Assembly (NCBI GenBank): GCA_002269645.1
Contig: NIVC01001087.1
Coordinates: 62,001 to 126,000, forward strand
Direction of reading: 5' to 3'
Length of the DNA stretch: 64,000 bases
From: Macrostomum lignano
Taxonomy: Eukaryota
Numbering within the stretch: position 1 is the first letter of the stretch; every line of letters starts with the position of its first letter. A program made the position numbers and the translations under genes. The notes under the pieces were generated by a model. The model searched no databases and was not told the origin of the DNA. It saw only the letters and a program-made list of their open reading frames with translations. This document shows, piece after piece, positions 20,326-32,725 of the stretch.

Positions 20326-21414
20326 GCTGCACCCTTGCAGCTTTCTTAGCTGCACCGTTTTTTTTCTTTTGTTCATTTATTTAAGACTTCTGCCGAAATC
20401 TTCTTAGCTTTTAGATGAGGCGAAGTTCTCCTCATAATGAAGATTCTTGGGAGGAGCTGGGCGCTCCAGATTCTGGTTTAAAGATCTCATTGGCTAGAAC
20501 CCTCAACTTGCTGTCAAAATTTCTCCCGTCCAAGTCTTTTTTAATATTGGCTCAAAGCATCTGTTTGTCAGCCCTTAAGGACTACTGGAAATTGTAGGAA
20601 ACCTGGAATCAAAACTGTACATCAGTGTCCTCGAACTTTTAGCGAGATACAACCAATACGATTTTTACTGTTTTTCCCAGTACAAATTTTAGAAGCTAAC
20701 GAAAAAATGACTTTTTAGAAATTTTCTAATATAATTAGACGCGCTAAATTTTGAAGCAGTTTTGAAGCAGTTTTGAAGCTGTTTTTAAAGTTGTTTTGAG
20801 GATGTTTTGAAATTCTTGTAAAGCTACTTTGAAGTTGTTTTGAAACTGTTTTTGAAGCTGTTTTGAAACTTATTCGGAAGTCACTAATCGTGTTAAACCC
20901 TCAATGCATCTTTTTCAGTTTAGCCCAATTATTATTTTTGCAAAGGTCCTCCGCGGGCCTGGCAACTCCAAGGCAAAAGAAAGCCGGCACTAAAACAAAA
21001 CTGCACAATTCTACACTGACCGGTAGTCCCCAGTAACCCGTGAGGAAATTTATATATTAGCTATCAGTAGTAGCTGTCATCTATCCTCATCCTTGGGGTT
21101 ATTGCCGCTTGGCGTTGGCCTGACTGTTGCTTTAATTAGATTCCTCCCGTCAGTATGAAGGAAAGATTGTCAGAAAATTAGTGGGAGATTATCGCCGGGG
21201 GTGCAGGTGCTGGGGGTTGGGGCAGCCTCATTAGCCAATTCAATAGCGGCAGAGTTTTTAGGGGAGATTTGCCAAGCTTTGACTGCATGGGCCTGATACT
21301 GATCTCTGTGTGTTTAGCTCGACCGTGGCGTTCTAGATACAATATCTGGATTGAACGGGGTAGTTAGAGAGAAACTCTTTCCCTAATTCGAGTTTTGAGT
21401 GTAATAAGTAGGGT

Positions 21415-21790
21415 TTGCGGCGCCAAAATGAGTGCCTATTGTGCTAAAATGAGTGCCTGCGGCGCTAAAATGAGTGCCAGCGATGCTAAAATGAGTGCCT
21501 GCGATGCTAAAATGAGTGCCTGCGATGCTAAAATGAGTGCCAGCGATGCTAAAATGAGTGCCCGCGGCGCTAAAATGAGTGCCCGCGGCGCTAAAATGAG
21601 TGACTGGTGTGCTAAAATGAGTGCCCGCGGCGCTAAAATGAGTGACTGGTGTGCTAAAATGAGTGCCTGCGGCGCCAAAATGGGTACCTGCGGTGCCAAA
21701 ATGAGTGCCTGCAGCGCTAAAATGAGTGCCTGCGGCGCTAAAATGAGTGCCTGCAGCGCTAAAATGAGTGCCTGCGGCGCTAAAATGGTA
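21415..21790. repeat. 21-bp minisatellite GCTAAAATGAGTGCCTGCGGC
   Basis: Read directly. Confidence 0.93.
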
Positions 21791-22744
21791 AAACGCATCT
21801 GGTAATCTGGTAAAACGCGGTGCATCTTGGATGGAAAACCGAAGAGGCAGACAGGTTTCCAAACCGGATTGCTAGGTTTTTGGAGCCATCTGGCGGTATA
21901 GGAACTTGCAGGGGAAAGCATATTATGGGCCTGGGGTTTTTCAGCTTGACTTTCGTTTGCAGTGAAGTCTTCGACTCTTCGTTTTTACAGCTTGTAGGCT
22001 TAGGGCCGTGGGGGGGGGGACTCGTGCCTCGGTAGTCATGTTTGGTTAATTTCTTGTGTGGGTATAGATGGGCAATAACCAGAAACTGATACACCCCACT
22101 AGCCCCCTGTTGCCAGGGAAAATGCCATTTCAGCTAATCATGATATCTATTCCCTATACTCCTAACCCTCAGCGCCCCCCCCAGCGACGAGAAATAAGGG
22201 AGCCGAGGGGGAGTGGAGTTGGGGGTCCAGTTAGTTAAACAAATTAACACCCATTTTCTAGTTGGCCCATAATTCGACAGCAAGGCTGACAGAAGGGCCA
22301 AAGCGCGGTGCGCGGTTGCAGGCAGACAGTTAACTCCAATTAGGGGTCGGTTTGTTAGAACTCGCTGCGGTTGCCTAAGTGGCTTGGCTTGTTGTCTGCC
22401 GAAGCTTACAGTTAGCACTGGCTTAACTAACCCCCTCAGCAAGGGAATTCTCTGAAAAATGGCTCCTAAATTCTATATAATTTCTACCTTTTTCCGATCA
22501 AAGATTCCTCTCTCCCAGGAGAGGCGGGTGACTTTTGCTGAGCAAAGCAATAAAACATTGCCGCCCCCAGTCACCCAGCTGGGAGATCGACTCAAGCGAA
22601 ACGCTTTTCGAAGAAATACCCTTGGGAATTCAATTTTTCATGCGAGTAGCGGCAGTTAGGAGAGGCATAAAAAGTGGAGTCAACCCATGTCTCTCAAAAT
22701 GCATTATTATAACATACGCTCGTATGATCATCTTCAATTGAGAG

Positions 22745-22754
22745 ATCTGAGAGA

Positions 22755-22819
<65 letters not shown>

Positions 22820-23350
22820 AGAGTGATCAGAGTGATCAGAGAGATCAAAGTGATTAGAGAGAACAGAGTGATTAGAGAGATCAGCGAGAGATCAGAGTGA
22901 TTAGAGAGAACAGAGTGATTAGAGAGATCAGCGAGAGATCAGAGTGATCAGAGAGATCAGAGTGATTAGAGAGAGATCAGAGAGATCAGAGAGAGAGAGA
23001 TCAGAGAGATCAGAGTGATCAGAGAGATCAGAGAGATCAGAGAGATCAGAGTGATCAGAGAGATCAGAGTGATTAGAGAGAGATCAGAGTGATTAGAGAG
23101 AGATCAGAGTGATGAGAGTAATGAGAGTGATCAGAGAGATCAGAGAGATCAGAGAGATCAGAGAGATCAGAGTGATTAGAGAGAGATCAGAGTGATTAGA
23201 GAGAGATCAGAGAGATCAGAGAGAGAGATCAGAGAGATCAGAGAGATCAGAGAGATCAGAGAGATCAGAGAGATCAGAGAGGTCAGAGAGATCAGAGAGA
23301 TCAGAGAGATCAGAGAGAGATCAGAGTGATGAGAGTAATGAGAGTGATCA
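22745..23350. repeat. (GA)n followed by a GAGATCA/GAGTGAT compound array
   Basis: Read directly. Confidence 0.93.
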
Positions 23351-23921
23351 GATCAGATATGGGCATGGCTGTTCAATAAGGAGTGAAACTGAAAGCAGGA
23401 GGGTGAACTAATCGTCATGCACACTAATTCTGAAATCAAATCAAATCGTCATGCACACTAATTCTGAAATCAAATCAACACATAAAACCCTGTTTCAAAC
23501 ACAAATGAATAAAAATAAAAGCTCATTTTTAAAGAAAAAATGCGGAAACAAAAATCTCGATTAAAAAGCGCCAGAAAATAGAAATTAATAATAGTATAAA
23601 TTTGTACTTCAATAAATTTATTTTTTGCACCCATACACTCTAGACTCTGCTTCTTTTACAGAACAGGTGAACAGGGCTTCAGTTTGATATTTTGTTAGTC
23701 GGTAACATATTGGTGAAATAACAAAGGAGAGCGAGATAAACAGCTTAAGCCAATTTTTATTCGGTTTCGACACAGGAACCTTTGGTCATGGACATTTACA
23801 ATAAAGAAACTGGTTTAAAAGTCCATGGCCAATCAGTTTACTCTCAGTAGTATATAAAGCAAAAAATGAAGTTGATTTCGCCTCTAAAACAGTCCAAATG
23901 AAGAAATTCTGCAGCGAGTCG

Positions 23922-26900
23922 CTAATTCTTGGCTTTGCCCTTGGCCTTGGGCACGGGAGCCATGATGTACACCAGCTCGGAGGCCTTCTGGTACAGCTGG
24001 TCCAGATCCTCCTCGTCCTGCAGGGCCGCGATGCGAGCCGACTGAGGCCGGGTGTACTTGCCCAGGGGGGTCGGCTCTGCCCGTCTGGATGTGCCGCCGC
24101 CGCCGCCATCCCGACTATCCTCGCCGTTGGGAGCGGCGCCTCCGGTTTCAGCGTCGTCGCCTTCGGCGGTGCCGTCGCCGTCGGCTTCTTGCTGACCTCG
24201 TCGACCCTCCCCTGCGGCAGCCTGGGGCAGGTTGTTGTTCGGATGTTTTAAGTCTTATTTAATTATTCCGGCATTTTCACCTATTAATAGTAGTGATAAA
24301 CAATTAAATATCGCTAAACAAACCCCAAGCTCCCACAAACCCCACACTCCCACAAACCCCACACTCTCACAAAACCCAATCTCCCACAAACCCCAAGCTC
24401 CCACAAACCCCACACTCTCACAAAACCCAATCTCCCACAAACCCCAAGCTCCCACAAACCCCACACTCTCACAAAACCCAATCTCCCACAAACCCCACAC
24501 TCCCACAAACCCCACACTCTCACAAAACCCAATCTCCCACAAACCCCAAGCTCCCACAAACCCCACACTCTCACAAAACCCAATCTCCCACAAACCCCAC
24601 ACTCCCACAAACCCCACACTCTCACAAACGCCAATCTCCCACAAACCCCACACTCCCATAAACCCCACATTCTCACAAACCCCAAACTTCTACAAAGCCT
24701 AAAAATTTCACAAACCCTGATAATACCCATACTAATTGATTACATCTGCCCTAATTGGGCCAGATGTGCAACCGACAGCTCAGCCGCAGCTATTGCGCGG
24801 CGCAACTGAAGGCTGCGTACGGCTGTTCAGTCCAAGGACTGGGGGGTCGCCACACACAGCCTCAATTACCCCAGCTAATGCTGGCACCCATTTTACAGCT
24901 GGATGAACTGAAGCAATGCAGAGTTAAGTGTCTTGCTCAAGGACATAAATTGTTCCGAGTGGGTCGAGAATCGAACCCCCGATCTTCAAGGCACGAGTCC
25001 GACCACTTGGCTACAAACCCTAAACTTTACCAAAATCTAACTACCGGGAACCTCAAACTCGGAGAACAACAAACTTCACAAAGCCTAAACTCAAAGGCAG
25101 GCAAAACACAAAATCATAGAATTTAAAAATTCATCAGTTTTTTATTGCCTTTTTACTAGACGACCGCTTGAAACGTTTTCTCAAAATGACGGTGATATTT
25201 CTGCGTGTTACCGAAAAGTTTTTTAATCGGTATATAGGTATATCGGTTACTAACCTCTTTTTGCTGTTTCTCCTCGGCCCTGCGCTTCTCCTCCTCGTAT
25301 TCTTCGAGCTGAAGAGTGAAGGAATAGTCTGGTAAATAATCAGTCCCGTTTCGATGTGTGTTCAGCTGACTAAGAAGCTTTGAAAGCTGAGATGTCTGTT
25401 TACTATTGGAGTGTGGCTATCAGTTAACAGTATTGCTACTTCTATCCAACCTCTCATACGCAGCGTGAAGTGGAAGTTTGTCCATCTTATATATGTACAC
25501 TATGAATGTACCTTCGCAACCCCCCCCCCAACCAACGAGAGGATGGCTGCTGGTCTGTCTAGAGCCAGTATGTACATTTCTTCACCACCCCCAAGGCGAT
25601 AAGAGAATGGCTGCTGGTCTGTCGTATGTATATTTCTTAACCTCCCCCAAGGCGATAAGAGAATGGCTGCTGGTCTGTCGTATGTATATTTCTTAACCTC
25701 CCCCAAGGCGATAAGAGAATGGCTGCTGGTCTGTCGTATGTACATTTCTTCACCTCCCCCAAGGCGATAAGAGAATGGCTGCTGGTCTGTCGTATGTATA
25801 TTTCTTAACCTCCCCCAAGGCGATAAGAGAATGGCTGCTGGTCTGTCGTATGTACATTTCTTCACCTCCCCCAAGGCGATAAGAGAATGGCTGCTGGTCT
25901 GTCGTATGTACATTTCTTCACCTCCCCCAAGGCGATAAGAGAATGGCTGCTGGTCTGTCGTATGTACATTTCTTCACCTCCCCCAAGGCGATAAGAGAAT
26001 GGCTGCTGGTCTGTCGTATGTACATTTCTTCACCTCCCCCAAGGCGATAAGAGAATGGCTGCTGGTCTGTCGTATGTACATTTCTTCACCTCCCCCAAGG
26101 CGATAAGAGAATGGCTGCTGGTCTGTCGTATGTACATTTCTTCACCTCCCCCAAGGCGATAAGAGAATGGCTGCTGGTCTGTCGTATGTACATTTCTTCA
26201 CCTCCCCCAAGGCGATAAGAGAATGGCTGCTGGTCTGTCGTATGTACATTTCTTCACCTCCCCCAAGGCGATAAGAGAATGGCTGCTGGTCTGTCTAGGG
26301 CCAGTCAGTGCACACTCTCAGTGTACATTCTTAACCCCTCAACGTGACGGTGTCGGTATATTTTACTAACCGTTTTATTAGGATTCGGCGGCCAAAATTC
26401 TTTCCACTCGGTGTCTTGCTGAATGTCTTCGGATTTTTCCTGCCGCTTGTCCTCGCTCTCCACAACGCCTTCCATAACCAGCTTGCGCATTCGCTTCTTC
26501 TCATACTCAGCTAGCTGTTTCTCTTTGGCCTGCTGGCTCTCCTGGAAAGTTGAAGTTGATGGAAATAGTTTGATGTACAATAATCTTCTGAAATCTTGTG
26601 TTTAGGTTTAGGTAAGGTCAGATTTCTATCTCTAATACAGAAACGACTAACTCAGTGCTCACATAATACTTAATCTCAAGTCGATTTTTCAGCTCGTGCA
26701 CAAATTTCTTGTCGGTGACATCGGGCTCTCGATCGCCCATGACTTGGTCGTAGCGACGCTGTCGTTGAGTGGCCGGCATTTTGGCTGCTGCTGCTGCCGC
26801 CTTGGCTGCTGGAGATGGTCCTAAATGAGCGGTTCGACAGAGGGAAGAGTCAAGAAACCAGCATGGTCCATCAGAATAAGAAGGCCTATGATATTTGCGT

Positions 26901-27414
26901 TATCAATCTTGAGGGTTTATAATCCATGGTTTATCAACTAGTAAGGGTTTATAATCCATGGTTTATCAACTAGTAAGGGTTTATAATCCATGGTTTGTCA
27001 AATCCTGAGGGTTTATAATCCATGGTTTGTCAAATCCTGAGGGTTTATAATCCATGGTTTGTCAAATCCTGAGGGTTTATAATCCATGGTTTATCAGACC
27101 ATAAAGGTTTATGACCAATCTAATATGAAAGTATGAGGGTTCTATGGAATTATGACTGATTGATATTGTATATCAAAACGTGAATGAAAGGTAGAGTTTG
27201 TTTAAATTCAGAGTTCTATAATCGTAACGGTTTTTTTCGAGCCCCAAGTTTTATAATGAGATCTCCAAATTTGGCTGCTAGGAGTTTTGGGGCTAGGATT
27301 AGGGCTGGGGTTGATGCAGCGTTGATGACAGAGTTTCTCAGAGCCTTATGCTTATTATAGTGGGTTTTCTACTTTGTATTTGCATTGGAACTTACCTCCC
27401 TCACCCGGAGACAT
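23922..27414 (-). CDS. Uncharacterised 233-aa charged, coiled-coil-rich protein, 5 coding exons
   Basis: Exons 27414-27396, 26820-26663, 26541-26371, 25308-25255, 24221-23922 total 702 nt, GT-AG, phase-consistent, with an in-frame stop upstream of the ATG. Reads MSPGEGGPSPAAKAAAAAAKMPATQRQRRYDQ...FVHELKNRLEIKYYESQQAKEKQLAEYEKKRMRK...WKEFWPPNPNKTLEEYEEEKRR...LGKYTRPQSARIAALQDEEDLDQLYQKASELVYIMAPVPKAKGKAKN. No family recognised. Confidence 0.8.
24320..24720. repeat. 51-bp (3 x 17-bp) C/A-rich minisatellite
   Basis: Period 51 between 24364 and 24415. Confidence 0.92.
24765..25020 (-). mobile_element. tRNA-derived CORE-type SINE, copy 1
   Basis: Minus strand: A box TAGCCAAGTGG (25013-25003), B box GGTTCGATTC (24977-24968), then GTCCTTGAGCAAGACACTTAAC...CAGCTGTAAAATGGG resembling the MIR/CORE domain. 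Second copy at ~58184-58350. Confidence 0.8.
25535..26300. repeat. 56-bp minisatellite (GGCGATAAGAGAATGGCTGCTGGTCTGTCGTATGTACATTTCTTCACCTCCCCCAA)
   Basis: Period 56 (25931/25987), near-identical copies. Confidence 0.96.
26905..27105. repeat. 32-bp minisatellite GAGGGTTTATAATCCATGGTTTGTCAAATCCT
   Basis: Period 32 (27007/27039), about 6 copies. Confidence 0.9.
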
Positions 27415-28039
27415 ATTTAGCGGTCAAGGGTCAGGTACCTGACTTCAATTTGCTTTAAATATTATATTTATCAGTCTCCAAGCTTCCACTGCTCAAGGAA
27501 ACTGGTTCCTGCTGCTTTCGGCTTCTTTATTTGCTTTTTCTTTTTTGAATGTACAGCTTTGAGGGGAAATTTAGCCAGACCCTGCTTAAGGGTGGAAGGA
27601 AAACTATAAGGAAGGCTTTATCACTAATTGTACGCGCGGCGTTGTCATAGCAACAGCGACGCCCTCCACGCTTCTCCCCCTTATACAGAGAGGTCTCAGA
27701 ACAATTTTCATCTCTGCGAGATCCGCAGCCTCCGCCCCCCCCCACTGTCACGCACAGCGGTTTTAAAAATATTAGGAGACACAGCTATGGGCATAGCTAA
27801 GGCCTCATAAAACTACTATTGCTGCGCCAATGCTCAGCTGGGAAGATAGACTAGGGGGGATTTTTAGCGGGCTGGAAGAAAGGGAAGAGGTTAGGGTGCA
27901 GGGCGAGAGCGAGACGGGAATGCGTGGAGACTGGAACATGCGCACAGCCCCATCTATGAAAGCTGCATTCTGACCTGATAACGGGACGCTAAGAGTTGTT
28001 GTCAACGGCAACAGACAGTTTTAAGATACGAGATGGAAG

Positions 28040-28375
28040 AGAAATGGAGAAGGATAGTATGAAATGGAAGCAACGAGAGGAGAAAGGAGAAAGAGAGGAG
28101 AGGAGGAGAAAGAGAGGAAGAGATGGGAGAGGAATAAAGGGTAGAGGGAGAGAGGGAGAGATGAGAGAAGAGAGGGGAGAGAGAGGAAGAGAGGAGAGAG
28201 GGAGACGGAGTTGGGAGGAGCGGGAGAAAGGGTAGAGAGAGAAGGAAGAGGGAGAGAGTGGAGGGGGAAGGGGAGAGAGGGGAGAGTGAGGGAAAGAAGA
28301 GAAGAGTGGGAGTAGAGAGGGTGAGAAGAAAGCTAAATATAGAGATAGAGAAAGAAGATTTGAAGAGAGAGATTA
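28040..28375. repeat. GA-rich purine low-complexity tract
   Basis: Read directly. Confidence 0.85.
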
Positions 28376-29114
28376 TATAGCAAGGAAAAGTATATTTTTT
28401 CTTTAATAAAATATTTTTTCTTTAATGTGATTTAAAAATCATAACAAGCAAACAGTTAAGAACGGAGACTTACCAACAACAAAAGTGCCTTGGTTACTCG
28501 GAACGCAGATTTGGTTACGAAGGAGAGGAGGGTGGAGAGGCAGACAGGTCGAGCTTTTAGCAAGCGAGACGAGACGAGAAGGTAAGACAGAAAGCAACAC
28601 GGTAACTACAAGCCTTAGCGACAGCCACAGCAACCCCCCTCCTGCCGCCATTCTCAGTCTTATCTTGCGCCGATTTAAACTACATTACAAATAATATTCG
28701 AACCGGACTACTAGTGCACAGCGTGTCTGTGTACACTGACTAGACGAGAGGCAGTGGGGGTGTAGTCAAATAACTTAATGGGTTCATAATAGCCAGCCGC
28801 TAGCTGGGCAGTTGAAAGAAATGGAAAGGGTTGTGTTTTTAGGAGAGCTCAAACAAGATTGTTTCCACGAAGAGTGCGCAGTGCAGTGGACGGAGTTTTA
28901 CACAATAGCGAATGAGGCACAGCGAGAGGCGGAGAGACAGAATAAATAAATGCTCTGATGGAGAGAATTTACTATCCATCCATATTCCGCCTGATGGAGC
29001 ACTGAAATTTTCAGTTGAGAGTAAATTGGAAAGAAATTGAATGCTCTGTAACTGGGCCAGGTGCTTTGAAATAGCAACTGCCACCAATTTACATGTAAAC
29101 ATGATTATTATGCA

Positions 29115-29390
29115 CTCCCTGACCCCATCTAGCACACCCTGACCCCATCAAGCACCCCCTGACCCCATCTAGCACCTCTGACCCCATCTAGCACACCCTG
29201 ACCCCATCTAGCACACCCTGACCCCATCTAGCACCCCTGACCCCATCTAGCACCCCTGACCCCATCTAGCACCCCTGATCCCATCTAGCACCTCTGACTC
29301 CATCTAGCACCCCCTGACCTCATCTAGTACCCCTGACCCCATGTAGCGACCCCTGACCCCATGTAGCGACCCCTGACCCCATGTAGCATC
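29115..29390. repeat. 19-20-bp minisatellite CCCTGACCCCATCTAGCAC
   Basis: Read directly. Confidence 0.9.
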
Positions 29391-29989
29391 ACTTAACCTA
29401 TCTGATTATTCTGATTAGCTGATGGCCCAGCAACTTAGGATCTTGGAGGCTGGCCCTAGCAACTGACAAGCAGCAAGAGAGGTTCGTAATAGTTTTTAGT
29501 GACTTTCACGAAACCGCATATACGCTGACAGACACAGTGGCAGCTTAGCTTTCATTAGATAGTGTATTTTAGTAACAAGTTCAGATTAGTGAGCCAATAT
29601 GTTAAGCGTTATTGAAAACGCACGCGGCTATAAAACAGATAAAACTAATTATTGATTTTTTCAGAGGTTGCTTAAGAATTATAGCTAACTAGCCATGCAT
29701 TAGATGCTTTTTATACAGGTATCGGCATTATAGAACAATAGCAACAGTGCAAACACGCATAGAAAATGCTAGTTCGAACGTCAAAATCTAACTAGTGTGC
29801 GAAACTTTACACCTGCACAGGAGCAATTCACAATTTATTGTTAAGAAGAAAAATATAGGAATAAAATGTTTAGTCCACAATAAACAAGTAGTATAATAAT
29901 CGTTTGAGTTATTTACAGATACAAAGATTTTTCAACAGGATGAATTATAAAAAATAGGAGCTAAGATTTCCGAGATATGGCGAAAATAA

Positions 29990-30620
29990 TGGGATTTGGG
30001 AATGGGGAAAAGTAATGGGATTTAGGATTTGGGAAAATTAATGGGATTTAAGAATGGGGAAAATTGATGGGTTTTGGGAATGGGGAGAATTAATGGGATT
30101 TGGGAATGGGGAGAATTAATGGGATTTGGGAATAAGGAGAATTAATGGGATTTGGGAATGGGGAAAATTAATGGGATTTGGGAATGGGGAGAATTAATGG
30201 GATTTGGGAATGGGGAGAATTAATGGGATTTGGGAATGGGGAGAATTAATGCAATTTGGGAATGGGGAGAATTAATGCAATTTGGAAATGGGGAGAATTA
30301 ATCCAATTTGGGAATGGGGAGAATTAATGCGATTTGGGAATGGGGAGAATTAATGGGATTTGGGAATGGGGAGAATTAATGGGATTTAGAAATGGGGAGA
30401 ATTAATGCAATTTGGGAATGGGGAGAATTAATGCGATTTGGGAATGGGGAGAATTAATGCAATTTGGAAATGGGGAGAATTAATCCAATTTGGGAATGGG
30501 GAGAATTAATGCGATTTGGGAATGGGGAGAATTAATGGGATTTAGAAATGGGGAAAATTGGTTGGATTTAGGATTTGGGAAAAGTAATTGGACGTAGGAA
30601 TGGGAACACTATGGGACTTA
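29990..30620. repeat. 26-bp minisatellite GGGATTTGGGAATGGGGAGAATTAAT
   Basis: Period 26 (30181/30207), just 3' of the MAD1 stop. Confidence 0.93.
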
Positions 30621-30686
30621 GAAATGAAGAAACTATGAGAATTTACACAAAAAAACAAACTGGAGGACTATGACTGGGAAAGCAGG

Positions 30687-31148
30687 TTAATTTATAGTGG
30701 TGGCACCCATGACAGACGATGACACCAGGGTGGTACTGGAGCCGAAATAGTTCAGCGTCACGGTGGCCAGAAAAGCGGGCACAGAGTTGCGCTCCTGGAC
30801 GTAGTGCCGCACATCCGACTGCCACTCGGACACGTAGTCGGTGGTCAGCAGGTCCACGTTGTCGTCGTTCAGTCGAAACAGAAACGAAGTCTTATCGGAA
30901 TCCTGCTCATCAAAATCCACGTAGGTTGACGAGATACGAAACAGCCGCTCGGAGGGATTATCCGACTCCAGCTGGACTCGGTAGCCAAGCAGGCGGTGGA
31001 CGGCCTCGCGCATTTTCTCCGTGTTGGTTCTGAACGCTTCGCGCTGGCGCTGCTTCTGCAGATCCTTGCGATCCAGCTCGGTTTTGAGACGCTCGATCTG
31101 CAAATAATTGCGTTGGCTGTCATGACGGCAGGGCTGCACTAGAGCTGC

Positions 31149-31197
<49 letters not shown>

Positions 31198-31373
31198 CAC
31201 AGACAGGCAGACAGACAGACAGGCAGACAGACAGACAGACAGGCAGACAGGCAGACAGACAGACAGACAGGCAGACAGACAGACAGACAGACAGACAGAC
31301 AGGCAGACTGACAGACAGACAGGCAGACAGACAGACAGACAGACAGGCAGACAGACAGACAGACAGGCAGACT

Positions 31374-31405
<32 letters not shown>

Positions 31406-32693
31406 CACAGACAGACAGACACAGACAGACGGATTAAACACACTAATCCTAACTAACCTCAGCCAGCAGGTCCCCCCGTCCAACAATCATGGACACATCC
31501 CGGGTCATATCGCCAATAACGGAGGTTGCAGCAGCCGACGACCCGGCGGTGGCGGCTGCCGCTTCCCCGTCAGCCGGGCCGGAAGCCGCCCGATTCCTCA
31601 ATTTCTCCTCCAGTTTCTCGCACCTGGTCAGCGCTTTTTCAAGCTTCTTCCGCAGCTCGGCAAGCTCGTTCTCGCGCGCCTCTTCGGCCTCTTGGGCGGG
31701 GTTCTGGACCAGGTGGAGCACCCGGGTGAACCGGGGATCCGCGTCTCCCTGGAGTTCGAAGGGGGGAGGGGGGTGCGGCGCTTGCGTGTTGCTGACTAGA
31801 GGGAATTAATTATAAGAGAAAATCGAGCAGGGAATCGTGGGATATGGGGAATGGGAGAGGGGATCTTGGGATATGGGAATGGAAGGGGAATATTGGGATA
31901 TGGGGAATGGAAATCTTGGGATATGGGGATGGGAGGGGAATCTTGGGATATGGGAATGGTAGGGGAATTTTGGGATATGGGAATGATAGGGGAATCTTGG
32001 GACATGGGGAATCGAAGGGGAATCTTAGGATATGGGGAATCGAAGGGGAATCTTGGGATATGGGGAATGGAAGGGGAATCTTGGGATATGGGGAATCGAA
32101 GGGGAATCTTGGGATATGGGGAATCGAAGGGGAATCTTGGGATATGGGGAATGGAAGGGGAATCTTGGGATATGGGGAATCGAAGGGGAATCTTGGGATA
32201 TGGGTAATGGGAGGGGAATCTTGGGATATGGGGAATGGGAGGGGAATCTTGGGATATAGGGAATCGAAGGGGAATCTTGGGATATGGGGAATGGGAGGGG
32301 AATCTTGGGATATGGGGAATGGAAGGGCAATCTTGGGATATGGGGAATGGGAGGGGAATCTTGGGATATGGGGAATGGGAGGGGAATCTTGGCATATGGG
32401 GAATGGAAGGGGAATCTCGGTATAAGGGGAATTCTTACCAAATCGCTGAGCCGAGCCTCCCTAGCAGCGAGCATTTCTTTGTCCTCCTCAGCAGCGGCCA
32501 GCCGTTTGTGCAGCTCGGTAATTTGCTGACTGTAATTTTCAGAAAACTGTACGCATATACCACTATCGCTACTTATTTAGCCAGTAGTTAGTAGGAAGAA
32601 TTCATGTAAAGAACGCATTTGTTTACCGCAATTCAATAACAAGGGAAGCCTCCTGTTTTGACGCCAGCTCGCCCAAAGACAGTCTGGAGGATG

Positions 32694-32725
<32 letters not shown>

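Noticed and set aside
21415-21850. 21-bp array as a hAT-derived MITE (shares GCGCTAAAAT with the hAT right end; TAGGGTTT just upstream)
   Set aside because: No matching inverted terminus or TSD found; a 10-bp match can be chance.
24960-25020. tRNA gene
   Set aside because: A and B boxes are present, but they lead into a SINE body; no cloverleaf could be built.
25535-26300. Regular 56-bp repeats as a CRISPR-like array
   Set aside because: Head-to-tail identical units with no unique spacers, inside a eukaryotic intron, and no cas genes.
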